Origin: Flavobacteriales bacterium
Lineage (GTDB): Bacteria > Bacteroidota > Bacteroidia > Flavobacteriales_F > PHOS-HE28
Reading direction: 5' to 3'
DNA length: 64,000 nucleotides
Assembly (NCBI GenBank): GCA_018057455.1
Contig: JAGPDT010000008.1
Coordinates: forward strand, 4,494 to 68,493
Shown: piece after piece, positions 9,792 to 18,991 of the stretch
Layout: each line of letters opens with the position of its first letter
How positions within the stretch are numbered: position 1 is the first letter of the stretch
Made by a program: the position numbers and the translations under genes
Notes under the pieces: generated by a model
The model's input: only the letters and a program-made list of their open reading frames with translations
Databases searched by the model: none
Told to the model about the DNA's origin: nothing

Positions 9792-11162
9792 TTATCGTGC
9801 TGTCTCCGCGAAGTGCTTGAAGAACTTCGGGATGGTGCGGATGCCCTGCAGGTAGTTGAACACGCCGTAGTGCTCATTGGGGCTGTGGATGTTGTCGCTG
9901 TCCAGCCCGAAGCCGAAGAGGATCGTTTTCAGGCCGAGTTCCTTCTCGAACAGCGCGACGATGGGGATGCTGCCACCGCCGCGGGTGGGGATGGGCTTCT
10001 TGCCGAAGGATTCCTCCATGGCCTTGCTGGCGGCCTGGTAGGCGGCGCTGTCCGTGGGGGTAACGGCCGCTTCGCCACCGTGGTGGGGCGTCACCTTCAC
10101 CTGCACATAGGGGGGCGCGATCTTGTTGAGGTGGTCCACGAAGAGCCGGGTGATCACTTCGCTCTTCTGGTGGGGCACCAGGCGCATGCTGATCTTGGCT
10201 CGTGCCTTGGACGGCAACACGGTCTTAGCCCCTTCGCCGATGTACCCGCCCCAAATGCCATTGACGTCCAGCGTGGGCCTGATGCTGGCGCGCTCGGGCG
10301 CGGTGAAGCCCTTCTCACCGTGCAGGGCGTTCACGCCGAGGTCCTTCATGTAGGCCGTTTCATCGAAGGGGGCCTTGGCCAATTCCTTGCGTTCCGCGTC
10401 GCCCAGGTCTTGCACCGCATCGTAGAAACCCGGGATGGCGATGCGGCGGTCGCGGTCGTGCAGGCTGCTGATCAGGTCACAGAGCACATTGATCGGGTTG
10501 GCCACGGCACCGCCGTAAACGCCACTGTGCAGGTCGCGGTCGGGGCCGGTCACTTCCACTTCCAAGTAGCTCAATCCCCGAAGGCCGGTGTTGATGCTGG
10601 GCACATCGTTGGCGATCATGGCCGTATCGCTGATCAGTACCACGTCCGCGGCCAGGCGCTGTTTGTTCGCCTGCACGAAATGGCCGAGGTTGGTGGAGCC
10701 CACTTCCTCCTCGCCTTCGATCATCATCTTCACGTTGCAGGGAAGGTTGCCGGTCTGCAGCATGGCTTCCACGGCCTTCACGTGCATGTAGAATTGCCCC
10801 TTGTCGTCGGCGCTGCCGCGGGCATAGATCAGGCCGTTCTTCACCACCGGTTCGAACGGCGGGCTGTCCCAGAGCTCCATCGGGTCGGGCGGTTGCACGT
10901 CGTAATGCCCGTAGACCAGCACGGTGGGTTTCCCCGGGTCCGTGATCTTTTCGCCATACACGATGGGGTGGCCCTTTGTGGCGCACACTTCCACCTTGTC
11001 CAGCCCGGCTTCCTGCATGCGCAGCCGCACGGCCTCGGCGCATCGGGCCACATCGGCCTTGTACTTGGGGTCGGCGCTTACGCTGGGGATCCGCAGCAGG
11101 TCGAGGAGTTCGGCGAGGAATCGGTCCTTGTTGGTCTCGATGTGCTGGTCCACGGATGCCAT
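9792..11162 (-). CDS. M20/M25/M40 family dipeptidase
   Basis: YGHYDVQP, RGSADDKGQ, EGEEEVGS, DLHSG, IHSPNEH metal-binding motifs. Confidence 0.93.
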   Translation of the reverse strand: MASVDQHIETNKDRFLAELLDLLRIPSVSADPKYKADVARCAEAVRLRMQEAGLDKVEVCATKGHPIVYGEKITDPGKPTVLVYGHYDVQPPDPMELWDSPPFEPVVKNGLIYARGSADDKGQFYMHVKAVEAMLQTGNLPCNVKMMIEGEEEVGSTNLGHFVQANKQRLAADVVLISDTAMIANDVPSINTGLRGLSYLEVEVTGPDRDLHSGVYGGAVANPINVLCDLISSLHDRDRRIAIPGFYDAVQDLGDAERKELAKAPFDETAYMKDLGVNALHGEKGFTAPERASIRPTLDVNGIWGGYIGEGAKTVLPSKARAKISMRLVPHQKSEVITRLFVDHLNKIAPPYVQVKVTPHHGGEAAVTPTDSAAYQAASKAMEESFGKKPIPTRGGGSIPIVALFEKELGLKTILFGFGLDSDNIHSPNEHYGVFNYLQGIRTIPKFFKHFAETAR

Positions 11163-11191
11163 GCGTTCGGTGTTGGTGGTTTCGTAGCGGC

Positions 11192-11199
11192 CAAAGATA
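11192..11199 (-). promoter_or_regulatory. Bacteroidota -7 promoter element (TATCTTTG) of the dipeptidase gene
   Basis: Exact TAnnTTTG match about 30 nt upstream of the ATG. Confidence 0.6.
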
Positions 11200-11308
11200 G
11201 CGGCCCGTGCCGGGGTGTCCCCGGAGCGGTTTTCTTTGTCAGGCAACCGGTGGTGGCCTTTTCGGGTCATTGCTGCGGTTGCCTATCTTGGCCAATGCGA
11301 CCCTGCCC

Positions 11309-13969
11309 ATGAGCCTTCGTTACGTGCTGATCGTGCCCCTCTTCCTGCTATCCTGCTTGGTGCAGGCCCAAATGACGGTGGGCACTTCCATGACCCCCGC
11401 CCAGCTGGTGCAGAACGTGCTGTTGGGCAATGGGATCACCGTGAGCAATATTACCTACAACGGGGTGCCTTCTCCGGCCACGCCCCAAGCCGGTTCAGGT
11501 TCGTTCGCGGCGAACCCGGCCTCGTTCGCGATCAGCGATGGGATCATCCTCTCCTCCGCCTTGGCCGGTTCGATCCCGGGCAGTGAGCCGGGCATCAACT
11601 CGGATTTCCTCGGCACGGGCAGCGATCCCGACCTGCTGGACATCATCGGGGACCTGAACCCCAGCGGACCCCAAAGCAACGACAAGGCCGTGCTGGAGTT
11701 CGATTTCATCCCCACGGGGGATTCGGTGAAGTTCAACTACATCTTCGCCTCGGAGGAATACCCCGGCTACAACTGCAGCCCTCAATTCAATGATGTCTTC
11801 GGGTTCTTCATCAGCGGGCCGGGCATCACCGGGCCATACACCAACAACGCGAGGAACATCGCCTTGGTGCCCGGTACCACCCAGCCCGTGAGCATCTCCA
11901 GCATCCATGGGGCCGATGGTTTCGGCTGCCCCCCGTCCAACGCACAGTACTATGTGAGCAACACCGGCGGCACCACCGTGATCTTCGGGGGCTACACCAC
12001 GGTGCTCACGGCGCTCGAGGCCGTTACCTGCGGGGAGACCTACCACATCAAACTGGCCATCTGCGACGCAGGTGACAGCGTCTTTGATTCAGGCGTGTTC
12101 CTGCAGGCCGGCAGCTTCACCAGCACAGGCCAGGTGGTTCCGTCCCTCACCACCGGCACTGCCAGCCTGGGCATGAATGACAGCACCATGTTCGAGGGCT
12201 GCGGGGTGATCCCGTTCAACTTCTTCCGCCAAGGGGACACCACCAACACCGATACGATCCACCTGTTGATCGGGGGCACTGCCACGGCCGGTGTGGACTA
12301 CTTCCCGCCCTTTCCGTCCCAGATCATCTACCAGCCGGGCGATACACTGATCACCTTCCCGCTCAACCTGCCATATGATGCGGACGGGTTGGAGACCGTC
12401 ACCATCAACATCTCCCAGAACATCGTGTGCAGCGGTACACAGGTGGTCAACGACTATACCTTTTACATAGACCAGTACCAGCCGTTGCAGCTGGTGACCA
12501 CGGATGTGAACGGGTTGTGCGGGGAGAGCTACGTGATCGGCCCGCAGGTCAGTTCGGGTGCCGGGGTTTACGGCTACCTGTGGAGCACCGGCGATACCAC
12601 GCCCACCATCACGGTCTCGGTGGACACCACCACCACCTTTTATGTCACGGTGACCGATACGTGCAGCGTGCCTGCTGCCTTGGACAGCATCACGGTGACC
12701 ATTCCGATCTATCCGCCCTTGGTGGTCACGGCCGTGGGTGATACCGCCATTCCTTGTTTGGGCAATGCCGACATCAGCGTGCTGAATACCACCGGCGGCA
12801 ATGGCGATTATACCTACACCTGGTCGCAGGGCGGGGCTTCCGCCGGCGCCGGCACCACCATCAACGTGCCCGCCAGCGACACGCTCTGGTATGTGGTGAC
12901 GGCCTTCGATGGATGCATGCACACGGCCACGGATTCGGTGCAGGTGACCACGGTGCCCTTGCCGGACATCGCGATCATGTCCTGGGACAGTTTGGTGTTC
13001 TGCATCGGGGATTCAATGGTGCTCTTTCCGCAGGGCGTTTCGGGCGGCAACGGCGTGTACACCTATTCCTGGACCAACGGTGCCGGCACGGTGCTGAGCA
13101 CGGCCGACACATTGCTGGTGGGGGTGCCTGGCGATTCCACCTACATACTGCATGTGCAGGACCAATGCGGCTACTCGGCGGACAGCACCTTCACCACCTA
13201 CATCCCGCACTATCCGCCCTTCCTCATCCAGCTTACGCCGGACAGTACGATCTGCGCCGGGGATTCCATTGCGTTGTGGGCCAGGATCTCCGGCGGTTCA
13301 GGCCAGTACACCATCGATTGGCAAGGGTGGAGCTGGAGCGACCCGAAGTTCACCTATGCGGGCGATCAAAGCGCGGACTTCACCGTGAACGTGATGGACC
13401 GGTGCGGGGAGTTCATCAGCGCCACTTCCCGCGTTACGGTCCAGCACCCCACGGCCAAGATCCTGATCTACAACAAGGGCCAGGATGATTGGCTCTTCCA
13501 AACCTCCACCTTCCCGTACAGCGTGCCGGTGAAGATCTGGGACCTGGGCGACGGCACCATTGTGAAAGCCGATTCGGTGACCCACAGTTATACCGACCTG
13601 GACGACCACTGGGTGACGCTCCACACCGTGAGCGCCGAAGGGTGCAAGGCCATGGACAGCCTGCTGGTCATACCCCCGGGCACGCTCTTCTTCCCCAATG
13701 CCTTCACCCCGGACGGTGATGGGATCAACGATACCTTTGGGCCGGTGTATTCCTCGGTGGGCACCTATTACCTGGCCATCTTCGACCGCTGGGGCCACTT
13801 GGTGTTCGAAACCAAGGACATCAACCAGCACTGGGACGGCACGGTGAAGGGCGGTGGAGCGGCCACCACGGGGGTTTACGTTTTCAAGTATCAGGCAAAG
13901 GGACATTACTACGAGGCCAACGAGAAGTACGGACACGTTACTTTGGTCCGCGGAACGAACGGACGGTGA
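11309..13969 (+). CDS. Choice-of-anchor L domain surface protein with Ig-like/PKD stalk and T9SS type B (gliding-motility-associated) C-terminal domain
   Basis: Signal peptide; LEFDFIPTGDSVKFNYIFASEEYP, FNDVFGFFISGPGI, YHIKLAICD; YxYxW Ig-like repeats; FFPNAFTPDGDGINDTF...IFDRWG. Confidence 0.85.
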   Translation: MSLRYVLIVPLFLLSCLVQAQMTVGTSMTPAQLVQNVLLGNGITVSNITYNGVPSPATPQAGSGSFAANPASFAISDGIILSSALAGSIPGSEPGINSDFLGTGSDPDLLDIIGDLNPSGPQSNDKAVLEFDFIPTGDSVKFNYIFASEEYPGYNCSPQFNDVFGFFISGPGITGPYTNNARNIALVPGTTQPVSISSIHGADGFGCPPSNAQYYVSNTGGTTVIFGGYTTVLTALEAVTCGETYHIKLAICDAGDSVFDSGVFLQAGSFTSTGQVVPSLTTGTASLGMNDSTMFEGCGVIPFNFFRQGDTTNTDTIHLLIGGTATAGVDYFPPFPSQIIYQPGDTLITFPLNLPYDADGLETVTINISQNIVCSGTQVVNDYTFYIDQYQPLQLVTTDVNGLCGESYVIGPQVSSGAGVYGYLWSTGDTTPTITVSVDTTTTFYVTVTDTCSVPAALDSITVTIPIYPPLVVTAVGDTAIPCLGNADISVLNTTGGNGDYTYTWSQGGASAGAGTTINVPASDTLWYVVTAFDGCMHTATDSVQVTTVPLPDIAIMSWDSLVFCIGDSMVLFPQGVSGGNGVYTYSWTNGAGTVLSTADTLLVGVPGDSTYILHVQDQCGYSADSTFTTYIPHYPPFLIQLTPDSTICAGDSIALWARISGGSGQYTIDWQGWSWSDPKFTYAGDQSADFTVNVMDRCGEFISATSRVTVQHPTAKILIYNKGQDDWLFQTSTFPYSVPVKIWDLGDGTIVKADSVTHSYTDLDDHWVTLHTVSAEGCKAMDSLLVIPPGTLFFPNAFTPDGDGINDTFGPVYSSVGTYYLAIFDRWGHLVFETKDINQHWDGTVKGGGAATTGVYVFKYQAKGHYYEANEKYGHVTLVRGTNGR

Positions 13970-13983
13970 TCCAACGAAGCAAC

Positions 13984-15609
13984 ATGAAGATCAGGGCATT
14001 GGCATTTATTCTGGCGGGGTTTTCCATGGTGCAGGCCGTGGCCCAGCTCAATGTGGTCACCACCATGACCCCGCAGCAGTTGGTGCAGGACGTGCTGGTG
14101 GGCGGGGGGGTGACCATCTCCAACGTCACCTTCAACAACCTGGTGGTCACTACCCCGCAGGCTGGTTCGGGCTCCTTTACCAATGGGAACACGACCAACT
14201 TGGGCCTGGTTGCCGGATTGATCCTCTCCTCGGGCCTGGCCCCTTCGTCGGCGGGCAATGCCAATGACTTCGGCAGTGACCAGCTGGGCACGGGTTCCGA
14301 TCCGGACCTGGTGGCCATCACCACCCCGGGGAACGACATTGAAGACAAGGCCGTGCTGGAGTTCGACTTCATCCCCACGGGTGATTCCATCAAGTTCAAC
14401 TACGTGTTCGGCTCAGAGGAGTACCCCGACTTCAATTGCAGCGCCACGTTCAACGACGTGTTCGGTTTCTTCCTCAGCGGCCCGGGCATCACCGGCCCCT
14501 ACACCAACAACGCCGCCAACATCGCCTTGGTGCCCGGTACCACCCTGCCGGTGAGCATTGCCAACATCCACGGCTCGGAAGGCTTCGGCTGCCCGCCGGT
14601 GAACGAAGCCTTCTATGTGAACAACAGCACGGGCACCACCATCGCGCTCAACGGGTTCACCACCGTGTTGCAGGCCAGGGCCTCGGTGATCTGCGGGGAG
14701 ACCTACCACATCAAGCTGGCCATCGGCGATGCCGGCGACCAAAGCTATAACTCCACCGTGTTCCTGCAGGCGGGCAGCTTCCAGTCCAACATCCTGCCCA
14801 CCGTCAGTGCTTCCACGGCCTTCGGTGATGCCACCACGGCTGAAGGTTGCGAAGGAGGCCGCTTCACCATCTTCCGTCCCCAGGGCATCGACAGCACCTA
14901 TTCCGTGGGCTACTATTTCACCGGCACGGCCACCCCGGGAGTGGATTACACCACCATGCCCGGCACCGCGGTGATCCCCATGGGCGAGGATTCGGTGAAC
15001 ATTCCGTTCCAGGCCGTTGAGGACGGCTTGGCCGAAGGCATCGAAACGGCCATCATCAACGTGTTCATGGTGAATGCCTGCGGCGATACAATCTCGGTGA
15101 CAGCCATGATAGCCATCCTGCAGTACCCCGAAATGGTGCTCACCACACAGACCTCCTTCCTGTTGCAATGCGATCAGGATTCCATCCCCTTGTTCGCCAG
15201 CGTGACCGGTGGGTTCGGCGAAGTGACCCTCGCATGGGGTGATACCTTGGAGGCCCCGCAGGTGTATGTTTCCGGCGTGCAGAACGGCACCTACACCGTG
15301 ACCGTATCGGATGAATGCCCCAGGAGCATCACGGAAACGATCATCGTGGACGCGGGCTGCCAAGTGGTGATCCCCAACGTGATCACGCCCAATGGCGACG
15401 GGGAAAACGACAAGTTCGTGGTGGAGGGCATCGTGGGCCGCGACAATGAAGTGCAGATATGGGACCGCTGGGGCAAGGAGGTGTTCCGCACCGCCAACTA
15501 CCAGAACAACTTCTCGGCCAGTTCGCTCAACGACGGGGTGTATTTCTACTGGATTCGTGTGTTGGAAGCGGAGTTCACCGGGCACCTGCAAGTGCTTGGC
15601 AGCAAGTAG
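13984..15609 (+). CDS. Second choice-of-anchor L domain protein with Calx-beta-like segment and T9SS type B CTD
   Basis: Same N-terminal domain motifs as the upstream gene; ATPGVDY; IPNVITPNGDGENDKF...IWDRWG. Confidence 0.85.
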   Translation: MKIRALAFILAGFSMVQAVAQLNVVTTMTPQQLVQDVLVGGGVTISNVTFNNLVVTTPQAGSGSFTNGNTTNLGLVAGLILSSGLAPSSAGNANDFGSDQLGTGSDPDLVAITTPGNDIEDKAVLEFDFIPTGDSIKFNYVFGSEEYPDFNCSATFNDVFGFFLSGPGITGPYTNNAANIALVPGTTLPVSIANIHGSEGFGCPPVNEAFYVNNSTGTTIALNGFTTVLQARASVICGETYHIKLAIGDAGDQSYNSTVFLQAGSFQSNILPTVSASTAFGDATTAEGCEGGRFTIFRPQGIDSTYSVGYYFTGTATPGVDYTTMPGTAVIPMGEDSVNIPFQAVEDGLAEGIETAIINVFMVNACGDTISVTAMIAILQYPEMVLTTQTSFLLQCDQDSIPLFASVTGGFGEVTLAWGDTLEAPQVYVSGVQNGTYTVTVSDECPRSITETIIVDAGCQVVIPNVITPNGDGENDKFVVEGIVGRDNEVQIWDRWGKEVFRTANYQNNFSASSLNDGVYFYWIRVLEAEFTGHLQVLGSK

Positions 15610-15626
15610 CGCCGCCGGCCGTTCCC

Positions 15627-17150
15627 TTAGCGCAACAGCGACCTGCCGGTCATTTCCGTAGGTTGCGCCACGCCCAACAGCTCAAGCAGGGTAGGCGCTA
15701 CATCCGCCAGGACGCCGTCGCGTAGCTGTACGTGGCGGTCGGCCACCAGGAGGACCGGGACCGGATTCAAGGTGTGGGCCGTATGGGGCGAGCCATCCGG
15801 GTTGATGGCCTTGTCGGCATTGCCATGATCGGCAATGATGATGAAGGACCAGCCCTTGGCGCGGCCTGCCTCCACCACCCGCCGGGCACAGGCATCGGTG
15901 GTCTCCACGGCTTTCACGATGGCCGGGAACACTCCGGTGTGGCCCACCATGTCCGGGTTGGCGAAGTTCAACACCATCAATTGCAGGTCGCCTGCATCGA
16001 TCTCCGCCACGGCAGCATCGGCCAAGGGTCCGGCGCTCATTTCGGGCTGCAGGTCGTAGGTGGCCACCTTGGGTGAGGGCACCAGCCGGCGCCGTTCCCC
16101 GTCAAAGGGTGCTTCCCGCCCCCCGTTGAAGAAGAAAGTGACATGCGGGTACTTCTCGGTCTCCGCCATGCGCACCTGCAACAGGCCCGCCTTGGAGGCC
16201 ACCTCGCCCAGGGTCATGGCCAGGTCATCCTTGCCGAAGACCACATGGATGTCCGTGTAGCGGGCGTCATATTGGGTCATCGTTACGTAGTGCAGTGGCA
16301 AGGGCGCCATGCGCTGCTCGGGGAAGGCTTGTTGGGTGAGCGCCTCCGTGATCTCCCGGCAGCGGTCGGTGCGGAAGTTGAAGCAGATCACCACATCGTG
16401 CGGGCGGATGCAGGCCAAGGGCGAACCCTCGGGCCCGGTGATGGCACAGGGCTCCATGAATTCGTCCGTGATCCCGTTGGCGTAACTGGCTTCCATGGCC
16501 TCAAGGGCGCCGGTGGCCCGGTGGCCATGGCCATGCACCAGCAGGTCGTATGCTTTCTTCACGCGCTCCCACCGCTTGTCGCGGTCCATGGCGTAGTAAC
16601 GCCCGCACACCGATGCGATGCGAGCCGAGGTGGCGCCCACGGCGGTTTCCAGCTCCCGGACGAAATCCAGGCCGCTCTTGGGGCCGGTATCACGCCCATC
16701 CGTAAAGGCATGGATGAATACATCCCGCAGGCCGGCCTTGGCCGCTTCATGGCACAGGGCCACCAAATGGGCACTGCTCGCATGAACGCCCCCGTTGCCC
16801 ACAAGTCCGATGAGGTGGAGCCTCTTACCCGGGGCGGAAGCCTCGCGGAATGCTGCTTGTAGAACCGGGTTGCGCCCGAAGGAACCATCGGCGATGGCCC
16901 GGCCGATGCGCACCAGGTCCTGGTACACCACGCGGCCGGCCCCGATGTTGAGGTGCCCAACCTCGCTGTTGCCCATTTGGCCTTCGGGCAGCCCCACGTT
17001 CTCCCCATCGGTGCGCAGGCGGGCGTGGGGCACGGTGCGTTGGAGCTGGTCCATGAACGGGGTGCGGGCTTGGGCAATGGCATCCGTCCGGTCGCCGGCG
17101 CCGATGCCCCAGCCATCAAGAATGATCAATCCGACCTTGTTGTGGTTCAT
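15627..17150 (-). CDS. gpmI: 2,3-bisphosphoglycerate-independent phosphoglycerate mutase
   Basis: LIILDGWG, GQMGNSEVGH, FTDGRD, GRYYAMDRD, NFRTDR, AETEKYPHVT, NFANPDMVGHTG, ADHGNA. Confidence 0.97.
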   Translation of the reverse strand: MNHNKVGLIILDGWGIGAGDRTDAIAQARTPFMDQLQRTVPHARLRTDGENVGLPEGQMGNSEVGHLNIGAGRVVYQDLVRIGRAIADGSFGRNPVLQAAFREASAPGKRLHLIGLVGNGGVHASSAHLVALCHEAAKAGLRDVFIHAFTDGRDTGPKSGLDFVRELETAVGATSARIASVCGRYYAMDRDKRWERVKKAYDLLVHGHGHRATGALEAMEASYANGITDEFMEPCAITGPEGSPLACIRPHDVVICFNFRTDRCREITEALTQQAFPEQRMAPLPLHYVTMTQYDARYTDIHVVFGKDDLAMTLGEVASKAGLLQVRMAETEKYPHVTFFFNGGREAPFDGERRRLVPSPKVATYDLQPEMSAGPLADAAVAEIDAGDLQLMVLNFANPDMVGHTGVFPAIVKAVETTDACARRVVEAGRAKGWSFIIIADHGNADKAINPDGSPHTAHTLNPVPVLLVADRHVQLRDGVLADVAPTLLELLGVAQPTEMTGRSLLR

Positions 17151-18106
17151 GTACGATCCGGTATCAGAGCGATGAAGTTGGAGCCATGCGGCACCACGGG
17201 AAGGTATTCCACGCGCCCGCCCATGTCCTCCAACAGGCGGCGTACGATGAACAGGCCCAGCCCGGTACCCCTGGTATGGCGGGTGGCCTCGTTGCCACCA
17301 CGGTAGAACTTCTGGAAGATGCGGCCCCGGTCCTCCTCGGCGATCCCCGGTCCATGGTCTTCCACCGAAAGCCGCACCATGCGGTTGGAGAGTTGCAGGC
17401 CTATGGTGATCAAACTGCCGGAGGGCGAATACTTGCACGCGTTCTCCAGCAAGTTGGTCAGGACGGAACGATAGGTGGCCACATCGGTGGTGGCCCGCAT
17501 CGTAGCCGGAAGCAGGCATTCAATCCGGTGGCCATGGCCGAATGAACGACGGGCTTCCTCCAGGAGGCCCCGTGTAGCCTCCGCCAGGTCCACCGGGGCC
17601 AATACCGGTGCAACGGCATGCTCGTCCAATCGGCTGGCCAGCAGCACCTGTTCGGCCAAGGCGTGCAGGCGGTCCACGTCGGCACGGGCAAAGGCCGCAA
17701 GTGCTTCCCGGCGCCCGGGATCCAGGTTGGGCCGTTCCAGGGTCTGCAGGTGCAGCTTCAACGCGGCGATCGGGGTGCGCAGCTCGTGGCTGGCGGCCAT
17801 CAGGAAATCCCGCTGCTGGCGGGCCAGGGACAATTCGTGGCGCATGGTGCGCAGGATGATCCACAGCGCCACCAGCAAGAGCACCAGGAAAACCAGCCCT
17901 TCGCCAAGCACCATCATCAGCGTGTGTTCAGGCAGGCGCACCGGCAGCTGCGGAACGATGCCTGCCTCGAGCAATTGTTGCTGCACGGCGTGCATGTCGC
18001 GGTCCTTGCTCAGCAACAGCCACATCCACCACGCGGATTGCAACAGGATGTACAAGGCCAGCACACCGAAGAGCAGCACGGGCGTGCGGGGGGCGGGACG
18101 GGCCAT
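17147..18106 (-). CDS. Orphan membrane sensor histidine kinase
   Basis: Two TM helices; H-box SHELRTP; N-box NLLENACKY; DHGPGI, F-box IFQKFYR, GTGLGL. Confidence 0.9.
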   Translation of the reverse strand: MARPAPRTPVLLFGVLALYILLQSAWWMWLLLSKDRDMHAVQQQLLEAGIVPQLPVRLPEHTLMMVLGEGLVFLVLLLVALWIILRTMRHELSLARQQRDFLMAASHELRTPIAALKLHLQTLERPNLDPGRREALAAFARADVDRLHALAEQVLLASRLDEHAVAPVLAPVDLAEATRGLLEEARRSFGHGHRIECLLPATMRATTDVATYRSVLTNLLENACKYSPSGSLITIGLQLSNRMVRLSVEDHGPGIAEEDRGRIFQKFYRGGNEATRHTRGTGLGLFIVRRLLEDMGGRVEYLPVVPHGSNFIALIPDRT

Positions 18107-18110
18107 GGCC

Positions 18111-18118
18111 CAAAAGTA
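18111..18118 (-). promoter_or_regulatory. -7 promoter element (TACTTTTG) 4 nt upstream of the kinase ATG
   Basis: Exact TAnnTTTG match. Confidence 0.55.
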
Positions 18119-18202
18119 GAAGGCACTGGCCGATCCCACCGGTACACCCAGGCCCATTGCCCGCTTCGGCAGCATCACCTTATCTTGGGCGCTGCTCCCT
18201 AC

Positions 18203-18790
18203 ATGGACCACCAAGCAGCCAAGCGGTTCATCCTGGCGGAATTGCACGCCGGGTTGCCCAGCATGCGCACCTACCACTGCTTCGAGCATACATTGGATGT
18301 AACGGCGGCGGTGTTGCGCATTGCACAGAATGAAGGCATCACGGGAGAAGACGTGGCGTTGCTTGAGACGGCTGCGCTCTTCCATGATGCGGGCTACATG
18401 GTGCAGCCGCAACACCACGAGCAGGGCAGCTGCATGCTGGCCCTTGAGCATCTTCCCCGCTTCGGGTACGGCCCTTCGCACGTGGAGCGCATCACCGGCA
18501 TGATCATGGGCACCATGGTCCCGCAGAGGGCCAATGACCCCCTGAGCGAGATCCTCTGTGATGCGGACCTGGATTACCTGGGCCGGGATGATTTCTTCAT
18601 CATCGGCGACCGGTTGTTCCAGGAACTCAGGGCCGAGGGCCGCTTGCACACGCGGCGCGAATGGAATGTGTTGCAGCACACCTTCCTTGGTGGCCACACC
18701 TACTTCACGGCCACCAGCCGGGCGCTGCGCGAAACCGCCAAACAGGCCCACATGGCGGAAGTGCGGCAATGGCTCAACGAGCATCCCTGA
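18203..18790 (+). CDS. Stand-alone HD-domain metal-dependent phosphohydrolase
   Basis: YHCFEHT, AALFHDAG, HHE, CDADLDYLG. Confidence 0.88.
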   Translation: MDHQAAKRFILAELHAGLPSMRTYHCFEHTLDVTAAVLRIAQNEGITGEDVALLETAALFHDAGYMVQPQHHEQGSCMLALEHLPRFGYGPSHVERITGMIMGTMVPQRANDPLSEILCDADLDYLGRDDFFIIGDRLFQELRAEGRLHTRREWNVLQHTFLGGHTYFTATSRALRETAKQAHMAEVRQWLNEHP

Positions 18791-18820
18791 CCCGGTGTTC
18801 CGCCCGGGCCCACAACGGAC

Positions 18821-18846
18821 GAAGCCCCCGGAGGACCGGAGGCTTC
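18821..18846. terminator. Hairpin between the convergent HD gene and tRNA-Phe
   Basis: GAAGCC(C)CCGG ... CCGG(A)GGCTTC inverted repeat. Confidence 0.45.
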
Positions 18847-18853
18847 GCTTGCG

Positions 18854-18926
18854 TGGTGCCTCCCAGAATCGAACTGGGGACACATGGATTTTCAATCCAT
18901 TGCTCTACCAGCTGAGCTAAGGCACC
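18854..18926 (-). tRNA. tRNA-Phe (GAA); CCA not encoded
   Basis: Reverse complement GGTGCCTTAGCTCAGCTGGTAGAGCAATGGATTGAAAATCCATGTGTCCCCAGTTCGATTCTGGGAGGCACCA; 7-bp acceptor stem, D arm, GAA anticodon, TTCGA T-loop. Confidence 0.97.
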
Positions 18927-18970
18927 ATGTTGTCCATCTTTGCGGAGGCTGGCCCTCCGCCAAGGGGCGG

Positions 18971-18978
18971 CAAATATA
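18971..18978 (-). promoter_or_regulatory. -7 promoter element (TATATTTG) of tRNA-Phe
   Basis: Exact TAnnTTTG match about 45 nt upstream of the tRNA. Confidence 0.6.
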
Positions 18979-18991
18979 CACGCTTGGGCCC

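Noticed and set aside
18780-18930. tRNA-Phe as a possible integration site
   Set aside because: No integrase, no duplicated tRNA 3' end and no compositional shift nearby
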